A stretch of DNA of 64,000 bases. Source: an uncultured Acidobacteriota bacterium (lineage in GTDB: Bacteria; Acidobacteriota; UBA6911). The stretch lies in contig CAWHCF010000004.1 in the NCBI GenBank assembly GCA_963827655.1, positions 106,880-170,879 on the forward strand, in the 5' to 3' direction. Positions 23,209 to 35,816 of this stretch are shown here, piece by piece. Within the stretch, counting starts at the first letter, position 1. Every line of letters starts with the position of its first letter. Below the pieces are notes generated by a model, which had not been told where the DNA came from, made no database searches, and worked only from the letters and a program-made list of their open reading frames with translations. The position numbers and the translations under genes were made by a program.

Positions 23209-24689
23209 TTTCCCGTACCCGCTCGTGTATTCGCAATGGCATAAAGCTCACTGCGGTTCATGATGTAAAGGGTGCCGTTGGCCGCCACCGGTGTGGCGTA
23301 GACGGAGCTGCCCATGTTGTTTTCCTTGATGACCTTCAGTTCTTTGCCAGCCGCAAGAATGACCACGTCGCCGTCTTCATCGCCAAGATAAACTTTCCCG
23401 TCGGCGACCAGAGTCGATCCCCAGACGGCTGCGAGCATATCATGCACCCAGTAAGGCTTGCCGGTCTTGGCGTCCACGCAGTGGAGAAACCCGCTGAAGT
23501 CGGGAATGTACACCAGACCGTCGAGGATAGATGCAGTGGATATGGTGCGACGGATCTTGTCGTAATGCCAGACGCGGCCGCTTTGAGTGATATCTCCCTT
23601 CTTGCTGGGATCGATCGCGTACATGTGACCGACGCCTTCCCCATGCTCAGGGTCCTGCCCGGAAGCGAGGTAGATTTTGTTCTCGTAAACCACCGGAGTT
23701 CCGATCGCGTCATTCTTGGTCTTGGGCCAGACGGCATCTTTCGGATTCAGATCGAACTTCCACAGCTGCTCTCCCGTCTGCGCGTTGAATCCGTAGACCC
23801 AGCCGTCCCCGCCCGGGAAGAACGCCTGAAGCAGCCCGTCAACCGTGGCGAGCGAGGGAGACGCCCACTGTCCGTGGAGAATCTTGTCGCCGGGCGACCC
23901 GTCTTCCCATGCCACCTTGCCCGTCTTCTTGTTCACCGCAAGGAAGCTTGGCGCTCGGGGGGACGGTATGTTGACGTGGCTCTCATCGTGGCCGTTCGAG
24001 GTTTCGAGAAACAAAAGATCGCCATGAGACACCGGCGAGGAATTCGCCATGTTGTGCGGAAAGACCCCGAGTTCTTCCATCATGTCGAGCTTCCACACCA
24101 CGTCGCCGTCTTTGGGCGATTTCAGGGGCTCTTCCTTGTAGGGACCGTCATTCTCGCCGTCCGCGAATCCCTCGGTGTCCATGCAGATGAGCTCGCACCG
24201 ATTGCTTACGTAGTAGAGCCGGTCTCCTTCCACCAGCGGCGAGGAGCAGACTCCCTGAAAGGGCCAATCGTTGACGCGTCCCGCGGCGAGTTTGTCATTC
24301 ACATGCTGCCAGAGGAACTGGCCGTCCGATTCCCGGAAGGCCATGAGGATACCTTTGTCGCCCGTAATCTTGGGGTCTCTCGGATTCTCATTGTTGGTTC
24401 CGACAAAAACCTTTCCGCCCGAGACTACCGGGTTCCCGTACGATTGCGAGCCGAGATCCGCCTTCCACTTGATATTCTTCTTGGCCTTGACGTCCCATTC
24501 GACTGGAAGGTTCTTCATCGGTGAGACCATGTTGCGCTGCGGCGTTCCACCCCACATTGGCCAGTCCTGGGAAAAGAGCGGCAGTAACCAGACCAGGACG
24601 AAGATAACGACTGGAAGGCAGGTTTTTTTAGATATCCTGGCGTCCGGTCGTCTCGGTGTTTGAACGGGTGTCGCTTGATTTTTAATCAT
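23205..24689 (-). CDS. Secreted PQQ-like beta-propeller protein
   Basis: DWPMWGG...RNM, LGSQSYGNPVV, repeated G...W motifs; 4 nt overlaps with both neighbours. Confidence 0.88.
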   Translation of the reverse strand: MIKNQATPVQTPRRPDARISKKTCLPVVIFVLVWLLPLFSQDWPMWGGTPQRNMVSPMKNLPVEWDVKAKKNIKWKADLGSQSYGNPVVSGGKVFVGTNNENPRDPKITGDKGILMAFRESDGQFLWQHVNDKLAAGRVNDWPFQGVCSSPLVEGDRLYYVSNRCELICMDTEGFADGENDGPYKEEPLKSPKDGDVVWKLDMMEELGVFPHNMANSSPVSHGDLLFLETSNGHDESHVNIPSPRAPSFLAVNKKTGKVAWEDGSPGDKILHGQWASPSLATVDGLLQAFFPGGDGWVYGFNAQTGEQLWKFDLNPKDAVWPKTKNDAIGTPVVYENKIYLASGQDPEHGEGVGHMYAIDPSKKGDITQSGRVWHYDKIRRTISTASILDGLVYIPDFSGFLHCVDAKTGKPYWVHDMLAAVWGSTLVADGKVYLGDEDGDVVILAAGKELKVIKENNMGSSVYATPVAANGTLYIMNRSELYAIANTRAGTGN

Positions 24690-26902
24690 TTCGAATTCTC
24701 GGTTACCTTAATGTTGTCGTAATAAATTTCATTGTGAGCGTAGGCAAAGAGTCCGGGACTGCCCTGCAGGTTTGGTATCGGATCTTCTTTTTCGATCGTC
24801 CACGCCTCCGGTTCCGGGCTATCCTTGGGCCAGACCTTTCCGCGGACGAGGACCTTTCCCGAGGGACTATTCTCGACCCGAACCTTCATTTTGTACCAGA
24901 CGTTTGGTTTCCACTGAAAGGAAACACTCCGGGAACGGCTGGTTTCAGGCTGCCAGCTTTCGATAAAGAGCTTCTGGGAATTTCCCGTCAACACCAGCGC
25001 ATAGCGCTGGGCCGTGATACCGATGTCCCCCATCTGGCGCCGTTTCTCGATTCCCAGGACATCGGCTTCCATCGTGTAGTTGGACAAGTGTGAAGGACCC
25101 ATGTAGGATCGGCAGCGCCGGAGCAGAGACTGCTCGTTGGTCAGCTTCACCAGAACCTTGTTTCCCTCCACATCGCGGACCTGGTACTTTCCCGCTACCC
25201 CCACCCAATGGGCCGGGACGCTTCCTGGCGCGAGCGACTCGAAATCTTCATTCCAGGGGAGTGAAGGAATAACTCGAACGCGCGCCGCGCCGGTAATTCC
25301 ACCGATGGTCGCGCGTACCTCGCCGCTCTGGGGTCCCTTCGGGCTGGAAAATTTTCCCTCCGGGCTTACGTCTCCCTGCAGGCCGGAGAGCGCCCAGGTG
25401 GCTTTTTCCTCCCGGATGAACTTCCCCGCGGCATCGAAACTTCGGGCCTTGAAGCTGATTTCCTTGCCCGGCGCGATCATCAGTTCGCTCGGTACGACTT
25501 GAACGAAAGCCGCCGTGCCCGTTGAAGACGATGCCGCAAGAGAGGCAGGAGCCTGCGGCGCCTTGGACGGCGCCAAAGCCTTCTTGGAACCAATGCAGTA
25601 TGTGGCCTTGGTGGAAACCAGGTAAACACGCCCCTGTGCTACGGCGACCGAAGCGATCACTTCCTCTTCGCCGGCGCCTTTGCTGAGGTCGTCAACGTCG
25701 AGGACCTGGCAGTCCTTATCACCCGGTTTCAGGATATAGAACTTGCCATTTTCGGTGCCGACGTAAATCTTGCCGTCCGCGTAAACCGGCGAAGCCTTCT
25801 GGATAGTGCCCAGGTTCTGCCGCCACACTTCTTTCCCGGTGGAGGCATCGACGCAGAAAAGGTTCGCGCCGTTGTCGACGGCATAGATCCTGCCATTAGC
25901 TAAAGCAGGGGAAGAATAACTGACCGTAATGCCGTCGACCCGCCATTTCTCGCCGCTCTTCGTGATGTCCCCCGAGAGCGTCGGATCCAGCGCAACGATC
26001 CTGCCCATGACCGGCGTGTCGAGATTCTCTTCGCCATGTGAGGCGTAGACCAATTTGCCGTCGCTGACTACGGCCGTGTTGATTCCTCGCTTGCTGAACG
26101 GCAAAGACCAGACCTTTTCTCCCGTCCGTGCTTTGAGCGCATGGATCCCGCCGTCGGCGCCGCCGTCGATCAGAAGCGTCTTGCCGGCAATTTCCGCAAT
26201 GACTGGGGTGGTATAGGTTGTGTCGTAAGGGGCTCCGCCGGGCTGCGACACCCACACAATATCTCCGGTCATCTTGTCGAAGGCTATGTAACGATGGCCT
26301 CCGCGCCCTTGATTTCCCCAGCTCGCGGTGATACCGCTCGCGATCACAAGGTTCTCAAAAACGATCGGAGTATTGGTTCGGCCTCCGTGCGTGGTTACCT
26401 GTCCAAATTCCTCGGCCAGCGGGTGTTCCCAGAGAAGCTTGCCACTGCGATCGAGGCAGAGAAACGCGCCGCCAACGCCCAGGACATAGATGCGCTCGGT
26501 CGCGGGATCTACTACCGGAGAGGCCCAGCCGACACGGTGCGGCGGCACATCACTGCCGTATACGTTGAAACGGTATTGCCAGAGGGTCTTGCCTGAATTC
26601 GCATCGAGGCACACGAGCTGCTCCTGCTCGGTTTCTCCTTCTCCCGCGATGTTAACGAGGTAGAGACGATCCCCCATCACAACGGGTGCCGATCGCCCGC
26701 CAACCGGAGCTTTCCATACGACGTTTTCACCTTCCGGAGACCAGGACGTCGGCAATCCGGTCTCTTCGGAAACGCCATTCTGAAGGGGCCCGCGCCAGTT
26801 GGACCAGATTCCGGACAGTCGAGTGGTTGCGAACGACAGGGAAAGCGTGAAAAAGGAGATTGCCAATATCGCTCTAAGGGTTTTGAACATAGCCGTGCTC
26901 AT
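24686..26902 (-). CDS. Secreted PQQ-like beta-propeller protein with Ig-like and lectin-like C-terminal domains
   Basis: Signal peptide, WSNWRGP..NG, propeller repeats, C-terminal beta-sandwich ending SPGLF...YYDNIKVT. Confidence 0.85.
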   Translation of the reverse strand: MSTAMFKTLRAILAISFFTLSLSFATTRLSGIWSNWRGPLQNGVSEETGLPTSWSPEGENVVWKAPVGGRSAPVVMGDRLYLVNIAGEGETEQEQLVCLDANSGKTLWQYRFNVYGSDVPPHRVGWASPVVDPATERIYVLGVGGAFLCLDRSGKLLWEHPLAEEFGQVTTHGGRTNTPIVFENLVIASGITASWGNQGRGGHRYIAFDKMTGDIVWVSQPGGAPYDTTYTTPVIAEIAGKTLLIDGGADGGIHALKARTGEKVWSLPFSKRGINTAVVSDGKLVYASHGEENLDTPVMGRIVALDPTLSGDITKSGEKWRVDGITVSYSSPALANGRIYAVDNGANLFCVDASTGKEVWRQNLGTIQKASPVYADGKIYVGTENGKFYILKPGDKDCQVLDVDDLSKGAGEEEVIASVAVAQGRVYLVSTKATYCIGSKKALAPSKAPQAPASLAASSSTGTAAFVQVVPSELMIAPGKEISFKARSFDAAGKFIREEKATWALSGLQGDVSPEGKFSSPKGPQSGEVRATIGGITGAARVRVIPSLPWNEDFESLAPGSVPAHWVGVAGKYQVRDVEGNKVLVKLTNEQSLLRRCRSYMGPSHLSNYTMEADVLGIEKRRQMGDIGITAQRYALVLTGNSQKLFIESWQPETSRSRSVSFQWKPNVWYKMKVRVENSPSGKVLVRGKVWPKDSPEPEAWTIEKEDPIPNLQGSPGLFAYAHNEIYYDNIKVTENSK

Positions 26903-27359
26903 CCTCGAATGACGAGTGAACAATAGTATGGATCCAGAGAACTGGCCATCCCATATCACTCATCACTAAAAAATCAGCTTCAGACCGAAAATGCACTTGC
27001 CTGGACGGCGTTAGCGTTCTACAGGGGCGTTATACCATGAATCTCCATCGGTCGAATCTCCATCGATCCGGCGCCCGTTGAATACTCAAGGCCGACACGA
27101 GCGCGTTTGCTCGTAAATCCAGGGATTTCGAAGGTTCGCAGCCCTGGCGAATGTGAAGGATAGTCCATGCTGATGCAGGTTTCAAGAATGCAGGCTTCCG
27201 CTTAGTGTTTCTTCGTGTCTTCATGTCCTCGTGGTTAAAGCTGTCGCCGCACATTGAAAACATCGCGCCGCCGCGATATGTTTCCTGCATTGACGAAGTC
27301 TTACGAGAACGACTCATGCATGATCATACGCGTGTTTCGCACCGAGAAAGGGCACGGAC

Positions 27360-28116
27360 ATGAATACCGGCATGAAATTTGTCTTGGCGATTTTTCTGGC
27401 CGCATCTTCCGCAGCGGGGCAAACTGAAGTCAAACCGGCGGCAGGTGCCGGCGCCGCGCTGCCCACCGCCGATGAGGTTGTGGACAAATACGCGAATGCG
27501 ATCGGCGGGAAAGAGGCTTACGAGAAACTGAGCAGCCGTCTGTCCAAGGGAACTTTCGAACTGCCCGCCATGGGGGCCAGCGGCAGCATGGAAATCCATG
27601 CCAAAGCTCCCAACAAGACGATCTCGATCATCGACATCCCGGGATTCGGCCTTATCTCGCGCTGCTATGACGGGACCACGGCCTGGGCCCAGGATCCTCA
27701 GACCGGTATTCGCGAGCTAACCGGTAACGAACTTGCGCTTCAAAAACGCGGGAGCCGATTTCTTTCAGGCTGTGAGGATGAAAGAGCTCTATCCCAAGCG
27801 CGAGCTCAAGGGCAAGGAGAAGGTGGGCGAGCGGGAGGCTTATCTGGTGGAAGCGGTGCCTTCGGAGGGCGGACCGGTGAAGATGTATTTCGACACGGAA
27901 AACAGTTTTCTCACCAAGATCCAGCTCGACGTGGAGACACCCCAGGGCACACTGGATGTTCAAACAATGCTCGGGGACTACAAGGAAGTGGACGGTGTCA
28001 AATTGCCATTCACAATGCGACAGGTTGCCGGGGCGCTCGACTTTGTAATCAAGATACAAGAGGTCAAGCACAACGTTCCTATCGATGATGAAAAGTTCAA
28101 GAAACCGGAGAAGTAG
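27360..28116 (+). CDS. Secreted LolA-like / lipoprotein-sorting-like protein (frameshift near 27750)
   Basis: Signal peptide, LPTADEVVDKY..AIGG, APNK, C-terminal DYKEVDGVKLPF..NVPIDD..F.KP. Confidence 0.7.
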
Positions 28117-28191
28117 GGAAGTCCTTTAGTCTTACCTCGGCGACTTCGCGTCTTGGCAATTGATTTGCTCTCGTGAGCCTGGGAGCGGTTC

Positions 28192-29220
28192 ATGCTTGTC
28201 ATTATGAAAGCGACTGCCTCGAAAGGGGAGATCGAGGCAGTCTGCCGCAAAATCGGGGAGATGGGCTACCGGGCTCACCCCATTCCAGGTTTCACCCGCA
28301 CCGCCATTGGAATCACGGGCAATCAAGGGCCTGTAGAGGCCGCGCCTCTCGAAGCGCTCGCGGGGGTGGTCGAATGCGTCCCGGTTTCGAAACCCTACAA
28401 GCTGGTCGGGCGTGAGCTCAAGGAAGAGGGGACCGTAGTCGACCTGGGCCACGGCGTCAAAATAGGGGCCGAGGAACTGGCCGTCATTGCGGGACCCTGT
28501 GCGGTTGAAAATCGAGAGCAGACCTTCGCCATTGCTGGCGCCGTTAAGGCCGTCGGCGCCCGATTGTTTCGCGGCGGCGCCTACAAGCCGCGCACCTCAC
28601 CTTACAGCTTCCAGGGATTGGCCGAAGCAGGGCTGAAGATCCTGTCCGATGTTCGCGACGAATTCGATCTGAAAATAGTCACCGAGGCTGTAGACAACGA
28701 GAGCCTCGACCTGGTGGAGCGCTATGCGGACGTCATTCAGATTGGCGCTCGCAACATGCAGAACTTCTCGCTCTTGAAGCACGCGGGGCGGGCGAAAAAG
28801 CCGGTGTTGCTCAAGCGCGGGCTCTCGGCCACCCTTGACGAATTGCTCATGGCCGCCGAATACATCATGTCCGAGGGAAATTACGCTGTCATCCTGTGTG
28901 AGCGCGGCGTGAGGACCTTCGCCGATCACACGCGCAATACGCTCGACTTGAGTGTGGTTCCGGCCGTGCATCGGCTCAGTCATCTCCCGATCTTGGTGGA
29001 TCCCAGTCATGGCACGGGGCGGCGTGAAAAGGTCTTGCCGCTATCGCGCGCGGCGGTGGCCGTCGGGGCAGATGGCCTCTTGATCGAGGTTCACCACCGG
29101 CCGGAGGAGGCCCTCTCGGATGGCTATCAATCGATTTTTCCGGCGCAGTTCGACCAGTTGATGGGCGAGATCCGCCAGATCGCGTCCGTGCTCGGGCGCT
29201 CCGTTGCGCCGGCGCCATAG
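28192..29220 (+). CDS. aroF: DAHP synthase type I-beta with N-terminal regulatory domain
   Basis: [49 protein letters not shown]. Confidence 0.96.
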   Translation: MLVIMKATASKGEIEAVCRKIGEMGYRAHPIPGFTRTAIGITGNQGPVEAAPLEALAGVVECVPVSKPYKLVGRELKEEGTVVDLGHGVKIGAEELAVIAGPCAVENREQTFAIAGAVKAVGARLFRGGAYKPRTSPYSFQGLAEAGLKILSDVRDEFDLKIVTEAVDNESLDLVERYADVIQIGARNMQNFSLLKHAGRAKKPVLLKRGLSATLDELLMAAEYIMSEGNYAVILCERGVRTFADHTRNTLDLSVVPAVHRLSHLPILVDPSHGTGRREKVLPLSRAAVAVGADGLLIEVHHRPEEALSDGYQSIFPAQFDQLMGEIRQIASVLGRSVAPAP

Positions 29221-29306
29221 GACTCTGGAGTTTTCGTGGTTAGGCTGGGGCAAAAAAAGCAAACACTAAGACGCGAGGAAACTCACGCACATTCAATTTG
29301 CAGCGA

Positions 29307-31745
29307 TCATTCGTATCTGAGGGCCACCATCGGATCAATCTTCGCTGCCCGGCGCGCCGGGATGTAGCAGGCCATGAGCGCGATTGCGGCGAGTAGCAGC
29401 GAAGCCCCAATGAAGCTCAGCGGATCGGTCGCGGCAATTCCATAGAGCAAGCCCGACAGCAGGCGCGTCAGCGCGAGCGCGCCTGCAATTCCGGCTCCTG
29501 CGCCCAGTAGAACCAGCACGAACCCTTGACCTAATACGATGCGGATCACATCCCCACGAGCCGCTCCCAGCGCCATCCGAATCCCGATCTCGCGCGTCTG
29601 CTGGCTCACAGCGTACGCCATCACTCCATAGACGCCCACCGCCGCGAGAATGACAGCCAGCGTCGCAAACACCGTCAACAAGAGCGTCTGGAACCGCCGG
29701 CGGGACTTCGAGTCGGAAACCAGCTGTTCCATCGTCTGGAGACTGAAGATTGCCTGGTCCGGGTCTACGGTTGCCACCTCGCGCCGAATGGCGGCCGCGA
29801 GTTCGGCAGGTTCGCCCTGGGTCCGCACAGCCAGAAGCATCACGAAAGACGGAACCTGCAAGTAAGGAACGTAGATCTCGGGCCTGCGATCGACGTCGAG
29901 CCCGTAATGGCTCACGCCCTTGACGATACCTACGATCTCACGCCAGACCGGCTGGCCCGCGCGCCGGTTCACACTCACGCGCTTGCCCATCGGGTCCTCG
30001 CCGGGCCAGTACGTGCGAGCGGCGACATCACTCACAATAGCAACTTCGGCCGCTCCTTCCCTGTCCTGCAAGGTAAAGTTCCGGCCTCGAAGCAGCGTAA
30101 TTCCCATAGCCTCAAAATACCGTGGCGAAACTTTGGGCCGATTCGGCATGGGCCAATCGACGCCCTCCGGGGGGTTGGGGCGCCCCTCTATCCGGAAGCT
30201 GCCCTGGTCGTTGATCCCGGTTAGAGGAAGTGAGTTTCCTGCCGCCGCAACCTTGACCCCCGGCAGAACTTGCACGCGATCGAGGACGTTCCGGAAAAAG
30301 GCAGCCTGCTCGTTGCCTTCGGGATACTTGGATCCAGGCAGCACAATACCGCCTATCAGGAGGTTCTGCGCGTCGAATCCCGGATCTGTTCCCACGAGGC
30401 GGTGGAAACTGCGGATAAGCAAGCCAGCGCTGATGAGCAACGTCACGGCCAGCGCAAGCTCGCCCGCCACCAGCAGCCCTCGAAGTCTGCGCCTGAGGGG
30501 GCTTGGAGTCGCTTTCCAGCCGGACTCCTTCAGAGCTTCATTGGCATCCCTGCGCCAGGCGAACAGCGCGGGCGCCAGGCCGAATAGAAACGCTGTGCCC
30601 AGCGACAAGATCAGTGTGAAGATGAGGACCTGCACATCGATCCGGGTGTCGCCGAGGCGGGTGATGGTTGGCGGACCAAAGGTCCGAAACAGGTCGACCC
30701 CCCAGCTCGCGAACAAGAGACCCGAGAGACCTCCGAGCAGGCCGAGCAGCGTGCTCTCGGTGAGAGTCTGCCTCGCCAGCCGGCGTCGAGTCGCGCCCAG
30801 GGCGATCCGTATCGCCATCTCGCTTTTCCGAGCTTCGGCGCGCGAGAGGAGGAGGTTGGCAACGTTCAGGCAAGCAATCAGCAGCACAAGCCCGATCGCG
30901 CCGAGGAGAAACAGCAGAGGATCACGCACTCCCCTGGTCATATGGCGCTGTAAAGCTGTCACGCTGACACCGAGTCCCTTATTCGATGCGGGATAAATGC
31001 GCGCCAGGTTGAGGGCGATTGCGTCCAGATCCGTCTGGGCCTGCTCCATGGTCACGCCTGGTTTCAGGCGCGCGACCGCCCAGTAGTTGTAGCTCTCGCG
31101 GTTCTTCAAATCCGGATCAACCCGCATCGGGAGCCAGAGTTCGGGCGCATAGGGGAGGTCGGCCGGAGTGGTCTTGGGGAATTGAAATTCCTCGGGCATC
31201 ACTCCGACGACCGTGTGGTCGAGACCGTCGACCCTTATCTGACGGCCGATCACTGCTCGGTCTGCCCCGAACTGCCGCTGCCAGAGACCGTAGCTGAGCA
31301 CCACCACGCGCTCACGTCCCGGCTGATCGTCCTCCGACAGGAGAGTTCTCCCAAGCAACGCTCGAGTTCCCAGGGTTTCGAACAACTGAGGAGTCGCCTG
31401 CAGACCGGAGACTGCCACCGGCGTATCGCCGCCACCGACCGTGAAAAGCCAGTAGCGGTAAGCCGCCATTTCCGCAAAGACTCGATTCTCTTTCCGCCAG
31501 TCCAGGAAGTTGGGGTACGACAGCCAGTCTCTCTCCCCCGTTCCGCGCAGACCGGTTTGCCAGAGCTGTACCAGGCGCTCCGGTTCGAGGTAGGGAAGGG
31601 GACGGAGCAGGACTGCCCGGACCACGCTGAACATGGCTGTATTCGCGCCAATCCCCAGCGCCAGTGCAAGCACCGCAGCGATCGTGACACCGGGGTTCTT
31701 TACCAGCATGCGGAACCCGTACCGAAGGTCTTCCATCAGGCTCAT
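29307..31745 (-). CDS. ADOP/MacB-FtsX-type duplicated ABC permease
   Basis: [62 protein letters not shown]. Confidence 0.95.
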   Translation of the reverse strand: MSLMEDLRYGFRMLVKNPGVTIAAVLALALGIGANTAMFSVVRAVLLRPLPYLEPERLVQLWQTGLRGTGERDWLSYPNFLDWRKENRVFAEMAAYRYWLFTVGGGDTPVAVSGLQATPQLFETLGTRALLGRTLLSEDDQPGRERVVVLSYGLWQRQFGADRAVIGRQIRVDGLDHTVVGVMPEEFQFPKTTPADLPYAPELWLPMRVDPDLKNRESYNYWAVARLKPGVTMEQAQTDLDAIALNLARIYPASNKGLGVSVTALQRHMTRGVRDPLLFLLGAIGLVLLIACLNVANLLLSRAEARKSEMAIRIALGATRRRLARQTLTESTLLGLLGGLSGLLFASWGVDLFRTFGPPTITRLGDTRIDVQVLIFTLILSLGTAFLFGLAPALFAWRRDANEALKESGWKATPSPLRRRLRGLLVAGELALAVTLLISAGLLIRSFHRLVGTDPGFDAQNLLIGGIVLPGSKYPEGNEQAAFFRNVLDRVQVLPGVKVAAAGNSLPLTGINDQGSFRIEGRPNPPEGVDWPMPNRPKVSPRYFEAMGITLLRGRNFTLQDREGAAEVAIVSDVAARTYWPGEDPMGKRVSVNRRAGQPVWREIVGIVKGVSHYGLDVDRRPEIYVPYLQVPSFVMLLAVRTQGEPAELAAAIRREVATVDPDQAIFSLQTMEQLVSDSKSRRRFQTLLLTVFATLAVILAAVGVYGVMAYAVSQQTREIGIRMALGAARGDVIRIVLGQGFVLVLLGAGAGIAGALALTRLLSGLLYGIAATDPLSFIGASLLLAAIALMACYIPARRAAKIDPMVALRYE

Positions 31746-31960
31746 GGTCGCGTCACTCCATTGGTGCAGTTTCGAGCAAATTCCATGCCAGGGACTAATC
31801 GACTCAAAGCGACTGAGATCAGGACCGATGCGTGGCAGTTCGTCCCACTTGAGTGTCCGGTTGCGGGATTCGCGTAGAGCAGAATCGGACAGTGGCAAGT
31901 CCAGCCGCTGAGTCTTGTGCTCAGCGCGATCCTGCTGGAAACCTGGTCTTGAAATCCGGC

Positions 31961-33233
31961 TTAAGCTTCAGCCGGCAACGGCGCGCGCCTTCTCATCGGT
32001 TCCCATTTCCAGTAGGTCAGCGAGCGCCAGACCCACTCGAACGGCCCATAATGAAAGCGCCGCAGCCACAGCGTGGAAAAGATCAGCAGAAAGCTATAGA
32101 CCGCGAATGTGATCAGGATCTGTCCAAGGCGATCCACCGACCCGAAAAGACCGAGTCCGTGGCCGTAGAAAATCGTCGTACAGATCAGGCTCTCGCCGAG
32201 ATAGTAACACGGTCCGTGGAAAGGCCATCCGGCCTCGGCGCTGCGGCAAGATGGGTCTACGCAGGCGCTCGCGAGAGCGAAGGGGACTATGCAGGCCAGC
32301 ATCACGAGACCTACGTAGGCGAGGCTCACCAGCAGGCTGCCCCAGTAATTGTACTGCCCGCCGAAGAAGAACGAATACCGCACGTCCCAGTTCGAGGCCT
32401 GGTTGCGATGAATCCCATGAAGAATCGCCGGGATTCCCGTTCCCAGCCCCAGGATTGCGAGCTTCCGTAGAAGGCCGACGAGCGCCTTGCATCGAACACT
32501 CCCCATTTGTATAGCGCCATTCCGACCAGCATCAGTCCGCCTGCGCGCCAGATGCCCCAGATCCACATGACGAAGACGTGGAACTCGAGCGCCACCTTGA
32601 CCCGTTTAGGCATCTGGTCAAGCCAACCGCCCCGATAAGCTGCGACTTCCGCGGCTAGCTCTTCCTGCGGCGGGAGCCACAAATCGTCGGTAAACTTCTC
32701 AATCTCCTCGGGCGGCCAAAACCGCACGGACCAGCCGAAGAGCAGTGAGATCCCGGATCCGATCGCGATCATCAGGATTCCAATCATCAGCAGACGCGCG
32801 CTGGCGGCTGCCGGCGCATCAAATAACACTACGAAACCGCAAACCGCATAGAGCACCAGGATGTCGCCGTACCAGATCAGGTAGGCGTGCAGCAGTCCGA
32901 ACACCAGCAACCAGAATGTCCGCCGGTAGTAGATCGGACCGGGCCGGTGCGCCCTGGGCCTCGATGCGACTGCGTCATCAGCACGACGCCCGCTCCGAAG
33001 AGCAACGAGAAGAGGGTCATGAACTTCTGGTCGGCCAGCAGGTGACTGAAGAACCAGACCCAATAGTTCGCGCCCGACAGGTCTCCGTAAGCGGTCGGGT
33101 TGAAGTAGGCCGAGAACGGCATGGCAAACGATTGAATGTTCATCACCAGAATGCCGAGCACGGCGAAACCGCGCAGCACGTCGATAGAGCCGATGCGTTC
33201 GGATTCGGTGACCGGCGCGGCTGATGGCGGCAT
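31961..33233 (-). CDS. DUF418 membrane protein (several frameshifts)
   Basis: [45 protein letters not shown] spread over three frames. Confidence 0.85.
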
Positions 33234-33400
33234 AGGTAGAACTCTGGCATCACACCCTGCGGGTGGGGATTGCCCTGGAGCTCCTCACGGTGCTGGTATC
33301 TTAGAATCAAGCGCCGGGCGAGAAACAATACCCGATTCCCGGCACTGGCGTCTTCGACACCTTGGTGATAAGAGTATTACCGTCACGATCAGGAGCTGTC

Positions 33401-34594
33401 ATGGATTTTACTTACAGCATTGAGGAGCAGGCGTTTCGCCGGGAAGTACTCGGCTGGATCCGCGAGAACGTGCCCGGTGATTGGGGAAGTCGCGCCTGGC
33501 CCATACCCGAAGATGAAGCTGAGCTCGCTCGCGCGATATGCCTCTGGGAGCGCAGGCTCAACGAGGGAGGGTGGGCGGGAATCACCTGGCCCAAAGAGTA
33601 TGGTGGCCGCGGCGCCACGCCGATCGAGCAGTTCATATTCCAGGAGGAAATGGCCGCTTACAAGACCCCTCCGACCCATAACGTGATCGGGATCGGGATG
33701 GCCGGTCCGACGATTATGACCTGGGGTACTCCGGAGCAGAAGGAGGCTCACCTCAAGAAAATTCTTTCGGGCGAGGAAATCTGGTGCCAGGGGTTTTCCG
33801 AGCCGAATGCGGGGAGCGACCTCGCCGGCCTGCAAGCGAGCGCGATTCCCAATGGCGACCACTACGTGGTTAACGGCCAGAAGATCTGGACCTCGGTCGC
33901 GCACCGCGCCGACTGGTGCATCCTGGTGGCGCGCACCGATTCCCGCGCGGAGAAACACAAAGGGCTGACCTACCTCATGGTTGATATGAAGTCTCCCGGA
34001 GTTCAGGTAAAGCCTCTGAGACAGATCACCGGCGATTCTGAGTTCAACGAGATTTTCTTCACCGACGTGAAGGTTCCCAGGGAGAATCTTCTGGGCAAGG
34101 AAAACCAGGGCTGGATGGTGGCGATTACGACCCTGATGCACGAGCGCGTCAACATCGCCGCAATGCTCTATTCGCGCATCAAGCAGACGCTGAACGACGT
34201 GGTTCAGCTGACCCGCCGGATCGAGCGCAACGGACGGCGTCTTAGCGAAGATCCGGACGTGCGCCGGAAGCTGGCGCGTTTCTACTGCTCGGTCGAAACC
34301 CAGCGGCTGAACAATCTCCGCATGCGCGCTCACATGAAAGCCGCCGACGACCCTGGTCCCATCGGCTCGATCTTCAAACTGATCTGGGCTACGGCCAACC
34401 AGGAACTTCTGGAGCTGCCGGTCGAAATTCTCGGTCCGTACGCGGAACAGCTCCCCGGCAGCGCGGCCCATAACAACGACGTCGACATCTGGATGAAGCA
34501 TTTCCTGCGCTCGCGCGCCAACTCGATTGAAGGCGGCACGTCGGAAATATTGCGCAACATTATTGGCGAGCGAGTCCTCGGTCTGCCGCGCTAG
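33401..34594 (+). CDS. Acyl-CoA dehydrogenase (FadE26/FadE17-like subunit)
   Basis: WPKEYGGRG, WCQGFSEPNAGSDLA, NGQKIWTS, FNEIFF, IEGGTSEILRNIIGERVLGLPR. Confidence 0.93.
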   Translation: MDFTYSIEEQAFRREVLGWIRENVPGDWGSRAWPIPEDEAELARAICLWERRLNEGGWAGITWPKEYGGRGATPIEQFIFQEEMAAYKTPPTHNVIGIGMAGPTIMTWGTPEQKEAHLKKILSGEEIWCQGFSEPNAGSDLAGLQASAIPNGDHYVVNGQKIWTSVAHRADWCILVARTDSRAEKHKGLTYLMVDMKSPGVQVKPLRQITGDSEFNEIFFTDVKVPRENLLGKENQGWMVAITTLMHERVNIAAMLYSRIKQTLNDVVQLTRRIERNGRRLSEDPDVRRKLARFYCSVETQRLNNLRMRAHMKAADDPGPIGSIFKLIWATANQELLELPVEILGPYAEQLPGSAAHNNDVDIWMKHFLRSRANSIEGGTSEILRNIIGERVLGLPR

Positions 34595-34632
34595 TTTCAA
34601 CCACCCACTGCCAGGACACCAAAAAGGAAGAG

Positions 34633-35767
34633 ATGAACCTGGAACTGAGCGAGGAACAGAAGATTCTTGGTGAGAGTGTCGCCCGATTCTGTAAGGCCGA
34701 GATTTCCATGGAAACGGTTCGCCGGCTGGCTGATCATCCCAAGGGGATGCCGGACGAGCTCTGGCAAAAGATCGCCGAGCAAGCCTGGCTGGGCGTGATG
34801 ATTCCCGAGCCGTACGGCGGTTTGGGTCTCGGAGTCACCGAGCTTGGGATCATTCTGGAAGAAATGGGGCGGGCTCTCGTTCCGGGACCCTATTTCGCCA
34901 CGGCGGCACTCGGAGCGCCCGCGATCGTCTTGGGAGGAAATGAAGCGCTGAAGAGTCCGCTGGCTGGAAAGAATCGCCGGAGGCGAAACGAAGGCGACCG
35001 TCGGGATTCTCGAAGAAGACGGCCAGCTTGGCCCGGAGCACGTCAAGGCCACTGCGGTAAAGAGCAGCGAGGGGTACGTTCTCAACGGGAAGAAGTTCTT
35101 TGTCCCTGACCTGGCCGCGGCCGATATTGCTGTCATCGCCGCCCGTACGGGCGAAGGTGAAGACTGCGTTACCCTTTTCCTGGTAGAAACCGGAGCTTCT
35201 GGTGTCTCAATCGAGGAGAACAGACTCACCGATTCGACCAGCCGTTCCGGTCAGCTCGTCTTGAAAGATGTTCAGGTAGGTCACGATTCCGTTCTGGGGA
35301 CCCCGGATCAAGGATGGGAAGTCGTGGATCGGGTTCTTCTAGTCGCCAATGTGGGGATTGCGGCCGGTTCGGTAGCGGCGGCAGAGCGGGTCCTCAGGCA
35401 GGCTGTGGCCTACGCGCGAGAACGGAAGCAATTTGGCGTGCCGATCGGATCGTTCCAGGCTGTCAAGCATCCGCTCGCCAACTTGTTCGCCGAAATCGAA
35501 AGCGCCCGGTCGGCTTACCACTATGCTGCCTGGGCGGTGGATGCGCGGAGTAGTCAAGCGCGCAGCGCAGTGGCTGTGGCCAGGCTTACCGGCACCGATG
35601 CTTATCGGAAGGCGGCGCTGATAAGCCTTCAGACTCACGGCGGAATCGGCTTCACCTGGGAGTACGACCTTCACTTTCATCTCAAGCGGGCCATGCACAA
35701 TCAATGCTTCCTCGGAGTCCCGGCCGACTACGAACAGGCCGTCGCGCGCGAGGCGCTGGGCGTCTGA
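34633..35767 (+). CDS. Acyl-CoA dehydrogenase partner subunit (frameshift near 34960)
   Basis: LSEEQ, EEMGRAL.PGP, RKQFGVPIGSFQAVKH, HGGIGFTWEYDLH; tandem arrangement typical of heteromeric ACADs. Confidence 0.88.
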
Positions 35768-35816
35768 CGGTGTAACAAAAAAATCCACCACAAAGACACG
35801 AAGACACAAAGAAACT

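Noticed and set aside
22884-24524. 546 aa plus-strand ORF, and similar long ORFs such as 33389-34600, 44003-45115 and 29920-30996
   Set aside because: Antisense shadows of well-supported genes in GC-rich DNA; no recognisable motifs.
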